DNA of 62,955 bases, counting the filler, from Squatina squatina (Eukaryota), in the NCBI GenBank assembly GCA_031763465.1. It is 4 parts of 3 records of this genome, joined end to end, with 100 filler letters (N's around TTAATTAATTAA, not from the genome) between each part and the next. Parts side by side here need not be neighbours in the genome. Positions count along the whole stretch, not along the records: positions 20,044 to 34,135 come from JARFOE010000234.1; positions 34,236 to 47,558 come from JARFOE010000234.1; 2 more parts are not named here. One strand, written 5' to 3'. Below, in pieces: positions 24,372 to 36,552 of the stretch. Each line of letters starts with the position of its first letter. The stretch's first letter is position 1. A model generated the notes under the pieces. That model searched no databases. It was not told the origin of the DNA and saw only the letters and a program-made list of their open reading frames with translations. The position numbers were made by a program, and so were the translations under genes.

Positions 24372-27300
24372 NNNNNNNNNNNNNNNNNNNNNNNNNNNNN
24401 NNNNNNNNNNNNNNNNNNNNNNNNNNNNNNNNNNNNNNNNNNNNNNNNNNNNNNNNNNNNNNNNNNNNNNNGCATCTAGCCTGTCCAACCCCTTAAGAAT
24501 TTTATACGTTTCTATAAGATCCCCCCTCAATCTTCTAAATTCCAGCGAATCATCTCACTCAAAGTCTTGGAAAGTTTAAAAGCATAATTTTCATTTGCAA
24601 CAGGCCCCGTTAGAATGAAGTTAAAGTCCCGATGAAGCTTATCTGCAGAATTGCTCTACTCATTTGTAGGATAAATTTGGTATTCAGTGATGTACCAATC
24701 TAAATCTTCGATTTTCCCATGATCCAAAAGTAGAAAAAGAAAAACATAACTGGGGTCATTTTCACAAAACCCTAAACTGAAAGATCGGATCAGCCGCTTT
24801 GCACCCCAACAATTTTATCTTTCATTGATTAGTTTCACATTTTCATCAGTTCCACATCATCTTCACTACAGAAAATGTTCATTTTGAATTGAATACATCT
24901 CTATTCCATAATGCGATGCATATATATTTATGTCAACCTTTTGGTGGCTTATTTTAAAGTTATATACGTGGAAACATTGGCCAGGTTATTATAGGCTATT
25001 TCATACATCTTGCTGCATGTTATAACCAGATACTTCATTTTCCAAAATCGCACTGCTAACCTCATTTTTGCACTTACAGCCATTCTTAAAAACTCATTAC
25101 TGAATGTAAGTATGCATCTGGTAATCAGTCTTACAGCTTCAGTGGCCTTTCCTAATTAGTATTACGAGCTAACATTGTGTGTTTCTCCATTACTTTTATT
25201 ATGCCTGAGCATTGGACTGTCACTCTAATCGTTAATATTAAAGCAAACATCAGCAACATCAGGTGCTTTCAGTGGTACAGATTTAGATTTATTGGCACTA
25301 ATTTGAATCTGATTGCTGCAATCTTCTGTGTCATCTGATTGGGCCTCATTACTGTTGTATTTCATGTTGTTTCAGGCACCATCTCAGACACATCCAAAGC
25401 TCACTTATTTTATTTGCATTGTTGCACTTGTTTTTTGTTCAGGTTCTATTCCCTTCAGTTTGGACTTCGAAAAATGACATTTAATTCTTTCAGTTAGATT
25501 TTTTTCCCATTAGCAAGACTGAGCTGAAGTCATCTTCTCCCATATTCAAAATAAATAAATTGAGTTGTCATCAGAAGGTTTCTATATATTACTATTTTTT
25601 NNNNNNNNNNNNNNNNNNNNNNNNNNNNNNNNNNNNNNNNNNNNNNNNNNNNNNNNNNNNNNNNNNNNNNNNNNNNNNNNNNNNNNNNNNNNNNNNNNNN
25701 CTCACTATGCATTCCATTCACCAGGCAGACAAAATAGGGATTTTTGTAATACATCCTATTAGTAGAATGCATAATTCTACTTAAAACACTCTTTTGCTAT
25801 TTTCCAGTGAAGGACATGAATTCTGGTACATTAATAATGAATTTGTTTTGAATTTTTTTGATGCTAAATAAATGTGCTTTTGCCTCCCACACATGACTCC
25901 TTAGTGACATTATAAGCAATGCCCCTTAACAACATTGCCAATCAAAGAAGGGTAACAAACAATATTTAAAGGTCATGAAGGCAAATTAGCATTAAACTTA
26001 AAAATCTAATTTAGCAGGGTTATAAAATATTTACCAGTGTTGTCTTATTCTGAGAACCAACTTCACTGTATTTCAATTTTATTAAAAAAACCTTTTCGCC
26101 AATAAATCTCAGTTGATCTACTCTCAATACTGGGGAAAGAGCTCTTCTCTTCTCTATTTGTAGCAAAACCATAAATATATTCTATATACTTGCAATTTCA
26201 TAAATTTGATCTTTGTACTTGCTTCTTTGATTTTACTACTAATAGCAACAGGGATAACCGTCCTCCAATTCTTATTTAAAGGAAATAATTAATTTAAAAT
26301 ACAACCCCCGCTAGGTGTTTCACATTGTTCATTTTCTTATTTTATTTCATTTTTACAGCCTTAGCAATCAAGGCAGTAAATGCTGGCCATTTTGTTTTCC
26401 TTTTGTTTTTCTAGATTGAGAATTCTGATGCTAATGGTAGAATCGATGTGGTACATTTATCCATCAAGGGGACATTCTTTTGTTTAAATAAAATGTGAAA
26501 GTGTGACAGTAATCCTGTCAAAGCCCTATGTGTATGTGACTTTAATGTAATCTTTGGAGTTGAAAAAAATTGATTGGTGGCCCAGAATTGGACCCAGGTC
26601 TTATAAGTTTGCTCTATCTCTTATAGTGACTCACTTCTTCACATTTAGATTAATCATCATTCTCTCTGTGCTTTTCATAAAATGCATGAACTAATCAAAA
26701 GCAGATGAAACATCTCCCCATTCATCCTGCAAGAACTATTCTCAAATTATCTATCCTCTCTTTTTATTTCTTGTTCCTCCTTTTTCTGCCAATTTCAACC
26801 CCCTGAATGCCTCAAGTCCTTTCTGTGGTAAAGGCCAAAGGGCGCTGCCCAAGTGACCATTCATCAGGAGTGGGAACCTTGGTCAATTGTTCTCTTCCCT
26901 AACTGGCGGGGATTCTTGAGGCCAATTGTACTGCATTGACCCTTCTACCATCTGAGATTAATTAAATCCAGCACAGATGAGTCATTGAACCAGGATTTTC
27001 CTGGTCTATTTGCCTACCGACTGGTTTAACCAACGAAGCCATTAAAGAACTGAAGAGGTTTGGCGAAGTGTTGGGTAAATTTATACAAGCTATTCATACC
27101 AAGTCTCACACACAGCAAGTGTGAGCTGCATAGCTTTACCTGAAGACTTGCCTGTCTGATATCAAGTTGTGCAGAGTCAAAAAATATTATAATTGAACAT
27201 TAGAAATATATGTCCTATTTCAAAACAGTTCTTAATTTAGAATTGCCTTAGCATAAAATTTAAAAAGTACACCTGGAATGTTATTTCAGTATTGAAACCT

Positions 27301-28248
27301 GTCCACCGCACCCAAAAGGGTAAGGCTGCCACATTGTGGTATTGTGTGCAAGCTTTTATTTTTGTGACATGAGGAAAATTCACTATGTAAAGAAATGATG
27401 ACCAATTTTTCTTAAATGTAGGCCTCTCAATATTTCTAAATTAAACACTCGTTAATGTGTTTCTTCTAGGCTTTCAAACAGTCAAAGTGTCATTGCTTCT
27501 CCACAAAGAAAAACACACCTGATAGAATAAAACTAAACATGTTTAGTCATGAATTATGTATTTGAAAGATTTCAATTAATGATAACTCTAATCTTTTTAT
27601 TCCTTTCTTCAATTTTTTATTTCTATTTAAAATTATGTATGTATAAGTACCTTATTGGTTTGTGAATGGTACTGGCACATCTGGTGTTTTTTTTTAGTCA
27701 TTCTGGAGGTCGCCACTGCTGCCCTTGATGTTGTGAAATGCTCATCATCTTTGGTAAATGTAACCCTGCTGCAAGCAGCCGACTTNNNNNNNNNNNNNNN
27801 NNNNNNNNNNNNNNNNNNNNNNNNNNNNNNNNNNNNNNNNNNNNNNNNNNNNNNNNNNNNNNNNNNNNNNNNNNNNNNNNNNNNNGAAAACTCATTTCAT
27901 AGCTCAGATCATATGTAAATTGTTTCTAATCAATTAATAGATTTTGTGTGGCAATAATCAAGGATCGATCAGGGCTTGTTGTGCAGTTCTAATGTTTACC
28001 ACAGTTCTCCTGAAGCCTAAATGCAACACGAGTTTGCCCATTGCTTTAATACAGAAAATTTGTTGAAGCAATCTATCACGATTGACAGAAGGTAAAAATA
28101 ATTCACATCTCAGTTGCTGAAGGTAACATTGGTGCAGCACTAACCAGGGAGGTTTACCCACCGTTTTGACTGCCCAAAGATTTGCACTCAACTAGGTGGT
28201 CATTCATCATAGTTTGTGCTTGATTGCCTTTGGTTGCAATGTCCAAAG

Positions 28249-28401
28249 TCAGTATCAAAGCATCTCATAAATACACCATCCCCCTCGGCCCTGGTGCAAC
28301 CATCAGTCCTTCTCAGTGACACAAAGAAACTGTCACCACAAACAACACTGTCAGGTCAAAACTTTTATTTAGCTAACAGATCTCCCATGGTGCAGTTCAT
28401 G
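28249..28401 (+). CDS. Candidate exon of an unidentified gene
   Basis: 51-codon open frame SVSKHLINTPSPSAL...NRSPMVQFM ending at a strong donor ATG|gtgagt. Weak acceptor and no recognised homology. Confidence 0.3.
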
Positions 28402-31226
28402 GTGAGTCAAAGGATTTTCTATTTTACTCTATGTAACATTCAGGTTTTGGGATTTTGAATTTTGTAACGTGTTTGGAAGTGAGTTATGTTTAAATGCTAT
28501 TTTAAAATACAGTAAGTTTGCACAGGTTTAAATAGCTCCAGGCATTAGCCACTGAGTTATTGATATGTTCATCAGACTTATCTTCTAATCATCTCAGATA
28601 GGAGCAATTACACACTTGTGGCAGCTTTTATTTATTTTCAACTTGCAAACAATCTATTAAAACAAATTTTGATTTTTGCATTTAAGAGTATTCCAGTTTG
28701 TGTGTTGAATAGTATTTAAAACTAGATGATGAAGTTAAGATGGCTTTCAACTAAACTTTTAAGTAAAGTTATCTTTTTACTTCAGAGTGTTACAATTTGA
28801 AAACTGTTTAAAGATTTATTTGTACAGCTGCAGTGAAGCACTAATTACTTACTATTGAGTGGAAAATGCTGGAAGTAGAGCAAGATAATTATTTTGTACA
28901 TTAACCTGATAACAACGTATGGTATTTGTTGTAATCAGATTTTTAATCCAAAAGTTACTTTAGGGACTTTTCTGACATAATTACAGCAAGTATTTCTGAT
29001 TGACAGCACGATTGACCATTCACAGAGGACGCTGGTTTGAAGCTCCACCCCTCCCGCCCATTTAACCAAGAGGTGCAAAAATTGCTGTTTGCCTTTTGCA
29101 GTTTGGAAGTAAAATTTTTATTAAAGCAGTCACATACTCAATGTTCACGATATGAGGGAGAAACAGTGAGTGGAATCCGTATATTTATTTATACAACGAT
29201 GATATTCATTTATCTGAGGAAACATTTTACCACCAAACTCAATTAGAAAACACAAATCAATGTTTGCACAGACTTTTTNNNNNNNNNNNNNNNNNNNNNN
29301 NNNNNNNNNNNNNNNNNNNNNNNNNNNNNNNNNNNNNNNNNNNNNNNNNNNNNNNNNNNNNNNNNNNNNNNNNNNNNNCCTCACTACGGAGCTGTCCAAA
29401 TAATCCCTTAGGGAGAAAGGGAAAAAAGTAAAAGGAAAGAAATGGAAAAGTGGAATTCATGACAAATGAGTACAAATAAAAAAGGAAAATATTTAATTTG
29501 GTAATACTTTTATTTACAAGAACATCTCACTGGATTCACAATACAGACTCTCATGTGGATTTAAGTTGCTCAGCAGACATCACAGTAGTTGAGATGGAGT
29601 TCCACCTGGAGAGAAAAAAAAAGTTTAGAAGCAGGAATATAAACAGACAGGTCTATCGATACATTAACAAACCCAAAAGTATTAGTTATTTTAGACAATA
29701 TGGGAGATATTTTAATGTAGAAAAACAAAAATTGTTCATCCTACTATCAAGCAGTAGACAGGTCACATTTCCAAGATATAATTATGGATCAACTGAAAAT
29801 GCAATTAAAAAGTGGAAAATACATGTTGAGAAATATGGAATAAGTGTGGCTGGAGAAGTTGCTCCATATTACAATATAAGTGGAATCATGTTGCTGTAGA
29901 ACATCTTTATGCTGATTTATTGAGTTTTAAAGAAACTAAAGATGATCCTCAACTGTTATTAACCCAAGCGAGGATGGAGAACATGTAGGAGAAAGACACT
30001 TATTTGGGTTGGGAAAAAAAACCAAAAACTCATCCTCCATGGCTAATACCAAGCCTTGGAAGGGAGAGGGGAGTGGAAAACTTCATTTCCTTGTTGAATC
30101 AGATGTACTGATAAAAAGGACAGACTTCAACATAACATTTCTCAATAAATCTAGTGGATGTAATGTGACATTAATGAGAGCTTACGCAGAGAATCCATAA
30201 AATCAACAGCATATTTAATAATTTTACAGTTGTGTTCCAATCACCGAGACTAGCATGTGTCCGAGAAAGGTTTGCTTTTCCAGATTTTTGACACTTCATT
30301 AAATGTAATGCAGATTTTGAAGCTATTACTGCCACCATCCTGAATTCCTGTTCCCTAAACCCAGATTGCACTCCCTTAACTCTGAACTGAAAGCACAAGG
30401 CTGTTAAATCCAATTTCTACTTCAAGTAAAATTTCACTGAGTGGATAAATTTCAAAGAACCCCAAAAGACACATGAATCCAGATTACTGTGCTTATAATG
30501 TAAAATATTTAGCATTCAAATGGCTCATGCCACATAAGTTAGCTGGTTATTTAAAATGGTGACTCAAATTATGTTAATTATTGCAACAGTACATCAACAT
30601 TCCACATTTGTTCAAGCTCTCAGGAAGGTTTAGACTCCCAACAAAAAATAAAACACTACTAGTAAATGCTACTTGTACCTTTATCCATTATATTTTAAAG
30701 TTAGGGATCAGATTTTAATGAGTTAAATAAATTCAGCTACTTTGAAAAATAGCACATTAAAACGACAAGATTAGTTTCCATGATGCACAAAGCATAATTT
30801 AAACTTGTGAATGTTTAAATTTACATTAGTAAACCATTTACTTCCATTTAATACATTAATTGACTCACATTTGACAAAAAAAATTAAGCATCCTCGCCTT
30901 TGAGATGAAAAGTGAAGCTAACCCTTTATTGGGCAATTCTAGTGCAGAATGAAGTTATCTTGACAAGTGCTTTCTGTACATGTTTTAGGTTTAGTTCATT
31001 ATCAGGGTCATTAAATGGATTTGCTTGAACTCAAAAACATTGCAGTTCCAAGAAAAAAAGTAATCACCAATCCTGATTACAAAATACTTTAGTCAGCCAA
31101 GGTGCAAATGGACTCATCTTGTAACATTGTTGGCCAGTGGCTACATGCAGAATGCCAATTAATTACCGAGAGTCCGGATTCTTGCAAATTGCCATTCCAC
31201 ATTGTTTGTGTAAACAATTTATTGGT

Positions 31227-31299
31227 TCTGGTACATCAGAAAGCGTTTACAGTGTCACCGTAGCACTCATTAGACAAAATTCACATCATATGTACCAGA
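31227..31299 (-). ncRNA. SNORD138: Box C/D snoRNA, SNORD138-like (formerly mir-3607), in COX7C intron 2
   Basis: 9-bp terminal stem TCTGGTACA/TGTACCAGA, C box ATGATGT and D box CTGA. The 3' end ACTGTAAACGCTTTCTGATGTAC matches the recalled human sequence, and it lies about 85 nt from the acceptor at 31141. Confidence 0.9.
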
Positions 31300-31372
31300 T
31301 ACGCCAATAAGAGAAAATATACTTGAGTTTATTCAATCTTAGACAATATGCTACTTACTGAATAATATGGTC

Positions 31373-31489
31373 TCATTTCTTGAGAAATTGGTGCCAGACT
31401 AAAACAAATGGACCCACAAAGCCAGAGCCAAAAAACACAGACATCATTCCCAACAGCCTCCACTTGTTCTCTACCGAGAATGGCAAGTT
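31373..31489 (-). CDS. COX7C: Cytochrome c oxidase subunit 7C exon 2 (stop-containing; exon continues to a donor at 31359)
   Basis: Acceptor ttttaacag, then [41 protein letters not shown], with gtaagt 14 nt after the stop. Not in the ORF track. Exon 1 was not found and may lie in a gap. Confidence 0.95.
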   Translation of the reverse strand, partial: NLPFSVENKWRLLGMMSVFFGSGFVGPFVLVWHQFLKK

Positions 31490-31576
31490 CTGTTAAAATA
31501 TAAAAGGCCAATTGTAAAAAATTGATTGCAAGTCATTTAAGGACAAATAAATAGTTATTGTAAATGATGAATTGGT

Positions 31577-31647
31577 TCTGGTACATTAGCAAGCATTTAG
31601 TGTCACAGTATCACTTATTACAAAACCATTACATCATATGTACCAGA
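31577..31647 (-). ncRNA. Second, degenerate SNORD138-like copy in COX7C intron 1
   Basis: Same terminal stem and C box as 31227-31299. The D box reads CTAA and the guide reads ACTAAATGCTTG. About 85 nt from the exon 2 acceptor. Confidence 0.75.
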
Positions 31648-34135
31648 TGCACCAATAAGATTTTAAAAAAAAAATTCCATTGGGTTACAGCTTTCAGCAC
31701 AAAACGTAAGTATTATTAAGCTTTATATCAACAGCCATTGACCACAATTACAGAATTTAGTCTGCACTTCAACATACATGAGACAGCACAAAGGTCAAGG
31801 TTGCTGCAGTAATGCAATTGTTAGAATGGAGGAATCTGCTATTTTAGCAGGATATCAAAAAGGGAGTCTTTCCATTAGCACCCTTTCCAAAAAGTATCTA
31901 AAAATTGTACAATATCCTTTTATATTATCCAGTAATTAGCCATGATCTTACTGAATGGCAGAGCAGGCTCGAAGGACCTACTCCTATTTCTTATGTTCTT
32001 ATTTGATTAAATGTTTTTAAATTCTGAAATCATGGCATACTAGTTTAATCCTCCAAGCATCTAGGATATGTTTACTCATCGGAGTATGGTTGGGGCCACC
32101 AACGCATATACTTGTTAGTAATGGTACTTCCTGGTTTTGACAAATGTCATGACAAAGACTTTCCTGATCTGGACCTTTGGTTGGGAAACCAGCCATCAAA
32201 GTTGGCTTACAGCCATTGAAAATTATCTTGCAAAATACATACTCACCTCTAAAGAGCAGGTAAACAGAGGGAAAGGCATGATTTTAAAGTTGCTTAGGAA
32301 AGGTTGCATTTACATAGCAACTTTTATGTTCTCATTGTGTCTCAAAGCATTTTACAGCCCATGAACTACTTCTGAAATGAAGTCACTCAACAGTACATTT
32401 GCAGAGCAATAAGATAAAGGACCAATTCATTTGATTGGAAGAGAAGCAATTAATTGTGGGTTAAAAGAGCTCTCTCCATGTGCAAATTGGCAACTGCATT
32501 TCCCTATATTACAACAGGGAGTACACTATAAAAAGTACTTCAATTGTGAAGCTATTTGGGATGCTCAAGGACATGAAAGGCACTTATACAAATAAGCATC
32601 AAACAGAGAATGGGGATGGGGAGAGAGAGAAAATGCACCAAAGATGTCAGTATTGGAGCTACGAGATTGGATGGAAGCTAGTGAAGAATAGGGAGATGGA
32701 TAGCCAAGCTGCAAGGCAACACATTCAAAGACCAGAGAGGAAAGGGTGGCTAGAGATGGGGGCAATAGTGCAGNNNNNNNNNNNNNNNNNNNNNNNNNNN
32801 NNNNNNNNNNNNNNNNNNNNNNNNNNNNNNNNNNNNNNNNNNNNNNNNNNNNNNNNNNNNNNNNNNNNNNNNNGCCTGACACTTGATAGCAGCTCCTTAG
32901 ATCCATTGCACAATTGGCCTGCTGAAAGAAACTAAGATAATCAGCACTAAGTAAGTGCCCTTTAGTGCTGAATCTAGCACCTTTTTTAAAGCTGTCAGAA
33001 TTTTTTTAACTATGCCTCAAATTGCAGGGCTTTAAAGGGACAGTGCTGAAACCAGGACTTTGCACTCAACAATTCGTCCAATAGCGCCAGTAACTCAGGG
33101 AGGTCGAATTGGGCCCCCTAAGCCTTAATGTGATAATAATTATGGTGAAATGGAGGCATATTAAATTGTAGAGTTAAATTGCTTATAGGTTAATAGACAT
33201 TATGTGAATTAATCTGATACTTTGGCATTATATGAAGAAATTCCTTTTGGGTAAATACTAAAGATAGCGAGGTCTTACAGAAACTTATATATTGTTGATG
33301 CCTGTAGAGCCAGTGCTCATCAATGTAAATAGCAACAAAGCTGGGAAATGGAATATTTTCACATGTGGTGACAATGCTAGGCACTCTACAAGGTCATCTA
33401 GTCCTTTCCCACATTCCCTACCCTTATGGCCAGGGCCAATAGAAAAACAAAGGTTTCTTTGTTTGTTTTTTCTTAGCGGCTCCCACAGTAATTGATTATT
33501 TTCAGTTTCTCAATGGAATCTGCTTAACCCTCAAGTTAGGAAAATAAAGAAAGAAGTCTTATTGCATTTTGAATTCAGTGTTCAATTTCATATCATAAAG
33601 TCAACAACATGGCTACTATATTACTTAAAATGGCCCCTGCCTTCTGTGCAAAATGAAAGTCTATGGCAGCGGTTTATCTGCTTCTTCTTCTAACTAGTAT
33701 CAATGCCTCATTCGGCAATAAATATTTGAAATGTCATGCAGTTGGCCCTGGACTGAAACAACAGAAAGTGGATCACATGATGCTCCACAAGTGTTCATGC
33801 TGAACAAATATTCTAAATGTTTACATTATTTTTATGAGGTTTATTNNNNNNNNNNTGCTGTTAAAATTAACATTTCCTGAGGACAGATATTAGATCCATG
33901 TTGCAATTATAATCAATCCTTCTGGGATCAATTGCCATTTGCCATTTGAACTTTCAGCCCCACTTTAGGCCCAGAACAAAACCTACACCTACTCTCAGGT
34001 TACATTGGCTTATCTGGCAGGATTCCTGGGGTAACCTGCAACGCTCCCAGACAATCCCTCAGAAGAATCTCTCCTGAGCACAATTTACCAATGCAGTTGA
34101 AATGGGGCAACAACCCAATGGATCCATATTCCACC

Positions 34136-34235
34136 NNNNNNNNNNNNNNNNNNNNNNNNNNNNNNNNNNNNNNNNNNNNTTAATTAATTAANNNNNNNNN
34201 NNNNNNNNNNNNNNNNNNNNNNNNNNNNNNNNNNN
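34136..34235. other. Artificial scaffold spacer 44N-TTAATTAATTAA-44N
   Basis: Linker at 34180-34191. Confidence 0.97.
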
Positions 34236-34236
34236 C

Positions 34237-34977
34237 ACCAACTCAAGCAAGCCAGATGAACATTTTGTCAAATCAGATGCTTCAAAAGGCGAGATAACCA
34301 GTGTATCAAGATCAGCTGTACAGAAAGGGACCAAACCTATTCAAGCCTTACTTGCAAAACATAATGGGAACAAAGTGACCTTAACCAGTCAGACATCCTC
34401 CTCTGTGAGAGAGGCAAGCAATCCAGAAGAGAAAACAACTGCAGTCACATCACATCCAAGTCCAGCAAAATCCTGTTTACCATCTCTTGGATCTTCTAAA
34501 GGCCCATTGCAGATGGTGTACAAAATGCCTGATGGATCTTGTGTGCCAATTGATCTCAGTAGCAGCCAGATTAAGATTGCAGTCCAACCTGTTATTGATC
34601 CAAAGACTGGAGAGAGGATCATGCAGCAGGTACTTATTGTACCTAAAAACTTCCTGGCCCAACAACAAGATGGCAAATACGTTGAAAAAGAAAGCCCGCC
34701 CAAAGCACAAAAGGGGCTGGAGAAACGAGCTTCAGTTGGCTCTCAAACTACTAATTTGGGACATTCTCCTTCAGTAGATCTTCAATCTCTGCCACCAGTT
34801 AAAGTTCAGTCACAGATTTCTAATTTAATACAGGATAGGAGCACTGCGAGTTTAGCAACAGTAACAACTTCTGTTTGTCAGCCAACAAAAGTTGTATCCT
34901 CATCTTCATGTAACTTTCTAGCATCATCAGGCGTTGCTGGTGCAACACCACCAGGAAGGGTGGACCAGCTTCAGGAA
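34237..34977 (+). CDS. KIAA2026: KIAA2026/BRD10 coding segment (3' boundary uncertain)
   Basis: KGTKPIQALLAKHNGNKVTLT, KGPLQMVYKMPDG, KIAVQPVIDPKTGERIMQQVLIVPKNF. Recognisable similarity ends near DQLQE. Confidence 0.85.
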
Positions 34978-35499
34978 CGCGTAACAATCTACGGTAGATG
35001 GTTACAAGCCCCCAGTGCTGGTGCTGTCTTCCTGGTGGATTGGTTTCGTGCTCTGCAGTTAGACAGTGTCCAATATCAATGCAGACTATATTTGACAGCA
35101 GCCCCAGTGCCATTTTTAAAGAGTGTAATTTACTTCAACGTGGAGATCTTGGTATGCTGGATCTATAATTCAGCCAAACTAGTATAGGACATATCTGCCA
35201 ATTGGCAGACTTGATGCAGGTTCATACCCTGCCTCAGTCAAACATCACACAAATGAATGTCATGACCAAGTGTAGTTGTCATCTGGAAACTGTCCAATGA
35301 AAATTTACTTTTAATGCTCCTCTAGCTATGCATAGTGAAAATGTAAAATTTACTAATAAAACAAGTGCAAAATACATTCTGTATTCAATGTTTACTTTNN
35401 NNNNNNNNNNNNNNNNNNNNNNNNNNNNNNNNNNNNNNNNNNNNNNNNNNNNNNNNNNNNNNNNNNNNNNNNNNNNNNNNNNNNNNNNNNNNNNNNNNT

Positions 35500-36294
35500 G
35501 TTAAGGTGCAAACCAACTCAGACCAAAACTCACCTAATGTTATTACACCAAGGCCAATATTTACTTTTTTACCAGAAGTTCAAAACTTTGTGGTATCAAA
35601 AACACAACCATCGTCACCATTGACCTCTATTCTTGTTCCAGCACAGACTTCCCTTACAAACCTTGGTCAGCTTCCCGTTTCCAGTTCCATTTCATCAGTT
35701 TCATTAGGCCTAAACCAATTGGGTGGGGAACCAATTAAATTAGGACCTGGAAAAAGTGTGAATAATGCAGGAGTTGTACCTGTTCATGTGCCTCTGCCCA
35801 CAGTCTTGTCAACTGTTTCAGAGAGTCCAGCTGTGCACACTTGTACCCACAATGCCTTGAATTTAGTAAGAGGCCCTGTGGGTGGATTATCTAGTGGAGG
35901 ACCAGTCCAAAATAAGGTAACAGTAACTCAAGCACCATCTTTGCAACTCTCACTTGATGCTGCAAGTGGCAAGCAGCTATTTCTGACTTCGCCAGAATGT
36001 AATAAACCAGGAGGTAGCACATTCTTGGCTGGAACGACAATGCCGAAACTCTTATTGGTTCCAAGTCCCTCTGTTGCGCCTTGTGGCACAAGTCAAGTCA
36101 GCATGGCACCCACAAATGCTCAACCTCAAAAGTTAGTCTTTATGAGTCCACCTGTGACTTCAATGTCCTCATCCTCCAACTTAATATTAACAAAACCAGC
36201 CCATCAACAACATGCACCATCATTGAACACAACACAGATGGCAGTGAAAAATGCAGACCCTTGTCAGGTGGTACTGGTACCATACACTGGGGAA
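35500..36294 (+). CDS. KIAA2026: KIAA2026/BRD10 coding segment between gaps
   Basis: VKVQTNSDQNSPN..FTF, PKLLLV, QKLVF, QVVLVP. Confidence 0.85.
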
Positions 36295-36394
36295 NNNNNN
36301 NNNNNNNNNNNNNNNNNNNNNNNNNNNNNNNNNNNNNNNNNNNNNNNNNNNNNNNNNNNNNNNNNNNNNNNNNNNNNNNNNNNNNNNNNNNNNN

Positions 36395-36552
36395 CAAACT
36401 GGGCACTGGTGAGCAGGTTATTGGTGAGCAAGTGTCGCTTGATAGCACTGTCTACGACACCTTCCATCGCTTTGCTGATGATTGAGAGTAGGGGCAGTAA
36501 TTGGCTGGATTGGATTTTTCCTTTTTTTTGTGGACAGGACATACCTGGGATG
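36395..36552 (-). mobile_element. LINE RT fragment
   Basis: VCPVHKKKEKSNPANYCP / LLSIISKAMEGVVDSAIKRHLLTNNLLTSAQF, RT domains 0-1 with a frameshift. Confidence 0.85.

Noticed and set aside
29379-29399. DSSVVR peptide as COX7C exon 1
   Set aside because: It lies downstream of exon 2 on the minus strand and is only a 4-5 residue coincidence.
29498-29899. 133-aa + strand ORF
   Set aside because: Non-ATG start, AT-rich composition, no splice structure and no recognisable homology.
31219-31310. pre-miRNA hairpin (mir-3607)
   Set aside because: Pairing is limited to terminal stems around C/D boxes with an unpaired interior, and its intronic position is typical of a snoRNA.
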